A stretch of 64,000 nucleotides of DNA from an uncultured Gemmatimonadales bacterium (lineage in GTDB: Bacteria > Gemmatimonadota > Gemmatimonadetes > Gemmatimonadales > GWC2-71-9), in NCBI GenBank assembly GCA_963739455.1, contig CAVUAK010000001.1:448001-512000 (forward strand), read 5' to 3'. The notes beneath the pieces were generated by a model. That model was given only the letters and a program-made list of their open reading frames with translations, searched no databases and had not been told where the DNA came from. Shown here in pieces: positions 59,485 through 64,000 of this stretch (within the stretch, counting starts at the first letter, position 1; each line of letters begins with the position of its first letter). A program made the translations under genes and the position numbers.

Positions 59485-59535
59485 CGAAGGCGCCGGTGCA
59501 GACCGCCATCGTGGCGGCGCGCACCGGCGCCTTCG
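59485..59535. repeat. Perfect 15-bp inverted repeat with an inner 6-bp stem
   Basis: CGAAGGCGCCGGTGC ... CCGCCA-TCG-TGGCGG ... GCACCGGCGCCTTCG. Confidence 0.85.
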
Positions 59536-59555
59536 AATGCAGTCGGTTCCGGCGG

Positions 59556-60920
59556 CTACTCGAGGCGGTAGCGCCGCAGCTTGTAGAAGAGGGTCCGGAG
59601 GCTCACGCCCAGGAGGTGGGCCGCCTCTCGGCGGCTGCCCTTGGAGGCCTCGAGGGCGCGCACGATCGTCGCACGCTCGAGCTGCTCGATCTGCGGCTTG
59701 AGCTCGTACGAGCCGGTGAGCGGCACGTACACCCCGTTCGTCGAGCGCCCGTTGGTCGAGGCCGCCGTCGTGAGCGGGAAGTCTTCCATGTCCAGGCGTC
59801 CGGTCGAGCTGAGCACCGCGGCCCGTTCGATGGCGTTGCGCAGTTCGCGCACGTTGCCGGGCCAGCCATGACTCGCCAGCGCCGCCAGCGCGCGCGGCGT
59901 CAGGCTTACCGCGCGGCCCAGCTTCTCGGCGGCCTGCTGCGCAAAATGTGCGACGAGCGCCGGGACATCCGCGGGGCGCTCCCGGAGCGGCGGCACGTGC
60001 AACCGCACGACGTTGATGCGGTAGTAGAGGTCGTCGCGGAACTGGCCGCTCTCCACCGCGCGCTCCAGGTCCTTGGCCGTTGCGGCAATCACGCGCACGT
60101 CAACTGCGCGGTTGTCGCGGCCACCCAGCCGGCGGATTTCGCCCTCTTCCAGCACGCGCAGCAGCTTGGCTTGCAGGCCGATCGGGAGGTCGCCGATCTC
60201 GTCCAGCATCAGCGTACCGCCATTGGTCGACTCGAATATGCCCGACCGGTCGGAGACGGCACCGGTGAATGCACCACGCACGTGACCGAACAGCTCCGAC
60301 TCGAGGAGGTGCTCGGGAATCGCTGCACAGTTGATCGCAGTGAATGGTCCGGCGCTCCGCGGACTCATGCGGTGGATCGCGCGCGCCATGACTTCCTTGC
60401 CCGTGCCACTCTCGCCCGTCAGCAGGACCGTGGTGTCGTGTGCCGCCACCCGCTCCGCCAGCTCGAGCAGGTTCCGGAGTGCCGGGCTCTCGGCCACGAG
60501 GATGTCGCGGACCGCATCGGCGCCGATGGTGGCGCGGAGCTGCTGCACCTCGAGCCGGAGGCGTTCGCGCTCCTCGGCCTTTCGCAGGGTGAGCGTCACT
60601 TCGTCCGGCCGGAACGGCTTGTGGAGATAGTCGTAGGCGCCCTCGCGCATGGCAGCGATGGCGACGTCCTCCCCACCATAGGCACTCATCATCACCATGA
60701 GGGCCGGGCCCCGCTCCGCGCGGTACCGGCGCAGGAAGGTGAGCCCGTCCATCTTCGGCATGCGGACGTCGCAGAGCACGAGGTCGAACTTCTCGTCCAG
60801 TGCGCGCGCGAGCCCCTCCTCGGGATCGCCTTCCGCAGCGACCTCGTAACCGGACTCCGTCAGGAGCAGGCCGAGTGACTGCCGCAATCCGGCGTCGTCA
60901 TCGACGATGAGCAGGCGCAT
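59556..60920 (-). CDS. pilR: sigma54-dependent response regulator, PilR-like
   Basis: Canonical receiver ([15 protein letters not shown]), [17 protein letters not shown], within the pilus cluster. Confidence 0.85.
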   Translation of the reverse strand: MRLLIVDDDAGLRQSLGLLLTESGYEVAAEGDPEEGLARALDEKFDLVLCDVRMPKMDGLTFLRRYRAERGPALMVMMSAYGGEDVAIAAMREGAYDYLHKPFRPDEVTLTLRKAEERERLRLEVQQLRATIGADAVRDILVAESPALRNLLELAERVAAHDTTVLLTGESGTGKEVMARAIHRMSPRSAGPFTAINCAAIPEHLLESELFGHVRGAFTGAVSDRSGIFESTNGGTLMLDEIGDLPIGLQAKLLRVLEEGEIRRLGGRDNRAVDVRVIAATAKDLERAVESGQFRDDLYYRINVVRLHVPPLRERPADVPALVAHFAQQAAEKLGRAVSLTPRALAALASHGWPGNVRELRNAIERAAVLSSTGRLDMEDFPLTTAASTNGRSTNGVYVPLTGSYELKPQIEQLERATIVRALEASKGSRREAAHLLGVSLRTLFYKLRRYRLE

Positions 60921-62053
60921 CAGGCCTCCGCCGCCAGCGGCAGGAAAATCTTGAAGACCGCGCCACCCTCACGCGCACGATCCACCCAGACGATGCCGCC
61001 CAGGTCGTGCACGGTACGAGCGACGATGGCGAGCCCGAGTCCCGTGCCGGCTCCCGGTGCCTTGGTCGTAAAGAACGGATCGAACACTCGTTCCCGATCG
61101 GTTGCTGGAACCCCGGGGCCGTCGTCCGCGACATAGAGGAGCACGCCAGGCGTGCCGGGGGCGAGGTCCATCCTCCGGGGACGCGGCAGGCGAACCCCGG
61201 GGATAGCCGGTACCGGCTCCCCCGTCCGCCGCTTGGCGGGTGGGTTGGCCTCGTACCGCCAGAACAGTGTTCCGGCCGTCACATGCCCGTTCGGCGTGGC
61301 ATCTCGCGCATTTAGCAGCAGATTGACGATCACCTGTTCGAGTGCATGTCGGTCTCCCCGCACGACCTGCGGGTTTTCAGCCAGTTCCAACGCAAGCGTC
61401 ACGCCGCGAAGCGCGCCCTGGGCCGATAAGAAGCCGATAGTGGCTCCCAGGACCTCGTTCAGGTCGCTGGAGCCAGTCGGGGGCCCCGGTCGGGAATAGT
61501 CGAGAAGGCCGCGGACGATATGCTCGATCCGCTCGATCTCCTGGACCATCGCATCGGTCACGCCGGCATCGGTTCCCCGCCGGCGGAGGACCTCGACGTA
61601 GGTGTGCAGGGCGCCAAGCGGGTTGCGAATTTCATGGGCCACGCCCGCCGCGAGCTGGCCCACCCCGGCCAGCTTCTCCACGCGCACGATCTGGCTGTTG
61701 ACGTCGAGGAGGCTCGCCGCCATCCGGCGATACCGCTCCGACAGCCCCGCAAACTCCTCGCTCTCGTAGCTCGGCGTCGCGTCCGGCAATGCCCCGCCCT
61801 CGAGTGAGGTGACTTCCGCCGCGAGGGTCTCCAGCGGCTTGAGCAGCGTCCGCCGCACGAGGTAGTGCGCAAACAGGACGAACGCGACCGAACTCCCCAC
61901 CCAGAGCACAATGAGGGCGCCGATCGACTCTTCAGTGCCGAAACGCGCGATGAGCGCCGTCGCGAGCCCCGTAAGGAGGACCGCGCTCGACGCCAGGAAT
62001 CCCAATTGGAACAGCAGCTCGGTGCGGAGCGACTGGGGCCTGCGTTCCGCCAT
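60920..62053 (-). CDS. pilS: Sensor histidine kinase, PilS-like
   Basis: Two TMs, HAMP, AHEIRNPL, NLLLNA, DDGPG, FDPFFTTK, GTGLGL. Confidence 0.85.
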   Translation of the reverse strand: MAERRPQSLRTELLFQLGFLASSAVLLTGLATALIARFGTEESIGALIVLWVGSSVAFVLFAHYLVRRTLLKPLETLAAEVTSLEGGALPDATPSYESEEFAGLSERYRRMAASLLDVNSQIVRVEKLAGVGQLAAGVAHEIRNPLGALHTYVEVLRRRGTDAGVTDAMVQEIERIEHIVRGLLDYSRPGPPTGSSDLNEVLGATIGFLSAQGALRGVTLALELAENPQVVRGDRHALEQVIVNLLLNARDATPNGHVTAGTLFWRYEANPPAKRRTGEPVPAIPGVRLPRPRRMDLAPGTPGVLLYVADDGPGVPATDRERVFDPFFTTKAPGAGTGLGLAIVARTVHDLGGIVWVDRAREGGAVFKIFLPLAAEA

Positions 62054-62117
62054 CGCTACTCGTCTCCCGAAAACCCCATGCAGGCCCCCGCGTTGGTACG
62101 CGGCGACCGTCGCGTAC

Positions 62118-62510
62118 TCAGTTACAGGCGACTACACCCTCGGTGGTGGCCGGCGCCGGCGGCGCGGCCGTGCCCTGGTAGAAGGCGCAGGTCCGCGTCG
62201 TAATGGTCGGGTAGGCCGACGTCGCCGCCCAGCCGGCGTTGTCGCCAGCGGTGATGGTGATGGTGACACCCTGCGAAGGGTTGTAGAGCAGTGCCGCGGC
62301 CGGTACCGGCCCCGAGTAGTACACGTTGTTGTCGCCGTAGTAGCTCTCCTGCGCCGTCGCCAGGTTGCGCAGGTCACCCTTCATCTTGGCCATCGCCGCG
62401 CTGCCCTTCGTCGTCGCGAACTTCGGAATCGCGATCACGGCCAGGATGCCGATGATCACGACCACGATGAGCAACTCGATCAGGGTGAAACCACGGCGAT
62501 GACTCGACAC
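62118..62510 (-). CDS. Type IVa pilin (second copy)
   Basis: RRG-FTLIELLIVVVIIGILAVIAIPKF, DLRNLATAQESYY, C-terminal Cys pair. Confidence 0.92.
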   Translation of the reverse strand: MSSHRRGFTLIELLIVVVIIGILAVIAIPKFATTKGSAAMAKMKGDLRNLATAQESYYGDNNVYYSGPVPAAALLYNPSQGVTITITAGDNAGWAATSAYPTITTRTCAFYQGTAAPPAPATTEGVVACN

Positions 62511-62585
62511 GATTCCTCATCATGTTGGTGACCTGAGGCACTCGTCACGCCAGGCCGGCCAGTGCGTTCCTCTGACCGGAGTAAC

Positions 62586-62601
62586 AGCAACGCTGATGCC
62601 A
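62586..62601 (-). promoter_or_regulatory. sigma54 -24/-12 promoter
   Basis: TGGCATCAGCGTTGCT, exact GG-N10-GC. Confidence 0.8.
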
Positions 62602-62827
62602 TACGCAAAACGACCCATAAGTCGTTGTCAGTCAACAGCTTTTCCCAAACTTGCAGCTCGGTTGCGAAAACCCCTGCATAGATCGCTCGTGGAAAGTGCG
62701 AGAGCAATTCCGGAGGGTCCTATGACAAGCGAAGAACGCGTCGTGTGGCCCGGCCCGGGAAAGTTCGTCAACGCTCCAGATCCTCTCGCACAGCGACTCC
62801 GAATCCTTCGCCGCTTGGCGATTCGAA

Positions 62828-62870
62828 CAAAAAAACAACCGGGCGACAGCGTTTCGCTGCCGCCCGGTTG
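62828..62870 (-). terminator. Intrinsic terminator after the first pilin
   Basis: Long CAACCGGGCG...CGCCCGGTTG stem followed by a T tract on the minus strand. Confidence 0.8.
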
Positions 62871-62888
62871 AATTGTTCTTCGGTCAGA

Positions 62889-63284
62889 TCACGGGCAGCG
62901 AATCACACCATCAAGCGTCGGGGCGGCGCCAGCGCCGACCTGCACCTGGCAGCTGTTCGTGCTACCGGTCGAGATGCTCGTGTTGTTCACGGCCGCGGTC
63001 CAGCCGCTCGCCAGTGCCGTGATGCCCGTCGCGACGTTACCGGACGAGAACGAGAAGTTGTACGGAGCGCCCTGGATCGTTCCAACGCCGTTCGCGTAGG
63101 TCGAATAGTCCGAGAAGTACGCTTCCTGGGCGGTCATCAGGTTCCGCAGGTCGGTCTTGATGGACGCCAACTTCGCCTTGTCCTTCGTGGTGGCGAACTT
63201 CGGAATCGCGATCGCCGCCAGGATGCCGATGATCACAACCACGATCAACAGCTCGATGAGGGTAAAGCCCTTACGATTGAACAT
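62889..63284 (-). CDS. pilA: Type IVa major pilin
   Basis: GGAGG RBS, MFNRKG-FTLIELLIVVVIIGILAAIAIPKF, C-terminal Cys pair. Confidence 0.93.
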   Translation of the reverse strand: MFNRKGFTLIELLIVVVIIGILAAIAIPKFATTKDKAKLASIKTDLRNLMTAQEAYFSDYSTYANGVGTIQGAPYNFSFSSGNVATGITALASGWTAAVNNTSISTGSTNSCQVQVGAGAAPTLDGVIRCP

Positions 63285-63346
63285 TTCCTGCCTCCCTATA
63301 GTGTTGGCCCTGTGGGCACGGTCTGGCAACGCCGACGAAGATAAGG

Positions 63347-63362
63347 GCAACGCCTATGCCAG
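63347..63362 (-). promoter_or_regulatory. sigma54 -24/-12 promoter
   Basis: CTGGCATAGGCGTTGC, exact GG-N10-GC. Confidence 0.8.
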
Positions 63363-63576
63363 TTTGGTTCGAAAAAGCGCATCATGTTACGGCAAAACAA
63401 CTTAGGGCAATACTCAAGAGCCGCTGACCCCAAGGCTCACCTCTGTAAGTCTGGAAAACTGCAAGAGCCAAGTTCTACCCGGCGCCCTGCTAGGCCCAAC
63501 TTCGTACGGACCAACAATTGCACTTGTGTTCGAAAAGCTGGCACGACCTATTCATTCATCGCGCACCCTGAACTCC

Positions 63577-64000
63577 ATGGTCCTGACCTTGTCTGTCCGA
63601 AAGCCGGTGCGCTGGCTGCTCACGACCGCCGTCGCCCTGCTCGCCATCAGTGCCAGCGCAACGAGCCTGCCAAACATCTTCGTACAGGATGACATTGCGG
63701 TCGTCCGGAACAACGACGAGAACCATAGTCTCAGCGCTCCGTGGATGGCCTTTTCCCGTCCGTACTGGCCCAAACCGTTCAGTCCCGACCTCTACCGGCC
63801 CCTCCAGTCACTTGCACTCGCAACACAGTGGGTGGCCGGCGGTGGCAGGCCTGCACTCTTCCGCATTACGAGCATCCTGCTTTATACAACGTCCGCTGTA
63901 GCCTTTTTATGGTTGGCCGGCATGCTGCTGCCGATCGAGGCGGCATGGGTCGCTGCGGCTCTGTTCGCCGTGCATCCGCTTCACGTCGAAGCCGTCGCGG
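63577..64000 (+). CDS. TMTC-like GT-C membrane glycosyltransferase, partial
   Basis: Not in the ORF track. MVLTLSVRKP...NIFVQDD...DLYRPL...AALFAVHPLHVEAVA, open to the window end. Confidence 0.8.
   Translation, partial: MVLTLSVRKPVRWLLTTAVALLAISASATSLPNIFVQDDIAVVRNNDENHSLSAPWMAFSRPYWPKPFSPDLYRPLQSLALATQWVAGGGRPALFRITSILLYTTSAVAFLWLAGMLLPIEAAWVAAALFAVHPLHVEAVA

Noticed and set aside
62889..63284. Geobacter-type conductive e-pilin
   Set aside because: It shares F1, F24, Y50/F51, Y57 and DLRNL, but lacks aromatics at positions 27 and 32 and is full length

Overview
High-GC (about 65-70%) bacterial chromosomal window, mostly minus-strand genes. Gene content and order suggest Gemmatimonadota, which is an inference. 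From left to right it holds: a partial RMF-like gene; a TonB-dependent receptor / anti-sigma / ECF sigma locus; metabolic and transport genes (acyl-CoA dehydrogenase, IDH family, cstA-ybdD, MFS, DUF885, M1 peptidase, Lrp-EamA); the F0+delta half of a split ATP synthase operon; MoxR; a c-di-GMP signalling region; the housekeeping run mogA-gcvT-argF-hslU-hslV-xerC-trmFO-topA-aroK-aroC; and a full type IVa pilus cluster (pilMNOPQ, minor pilins, pilSR, two sigma54-driven major pilins) next to a partial TMTC-like glycosyltransferase. The best candidate for an undescribed system is 31.5-40.7 kb. There, an unannotated 26-aa peptide gene with a strong RBS precedes a membrane HD-GYP phosphodiesterase that converges on a BTAD-STAND-TPR regulator. 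The peptide gene, the HD-GYP gene and only the TPR end of the regulator form a low-GC block that looks like a swappable specificity cassette. Upstream lie a diguanylate cyclase carrying a degenerate [FeFe]-hydrogenase-like domain and a pseudo-receiver sigma54 activator. Several conserved genes have single-base frameshifts that are most likely long-read assembly errors. No rRNA, tRNA, CRISPR array or transposase was seen.
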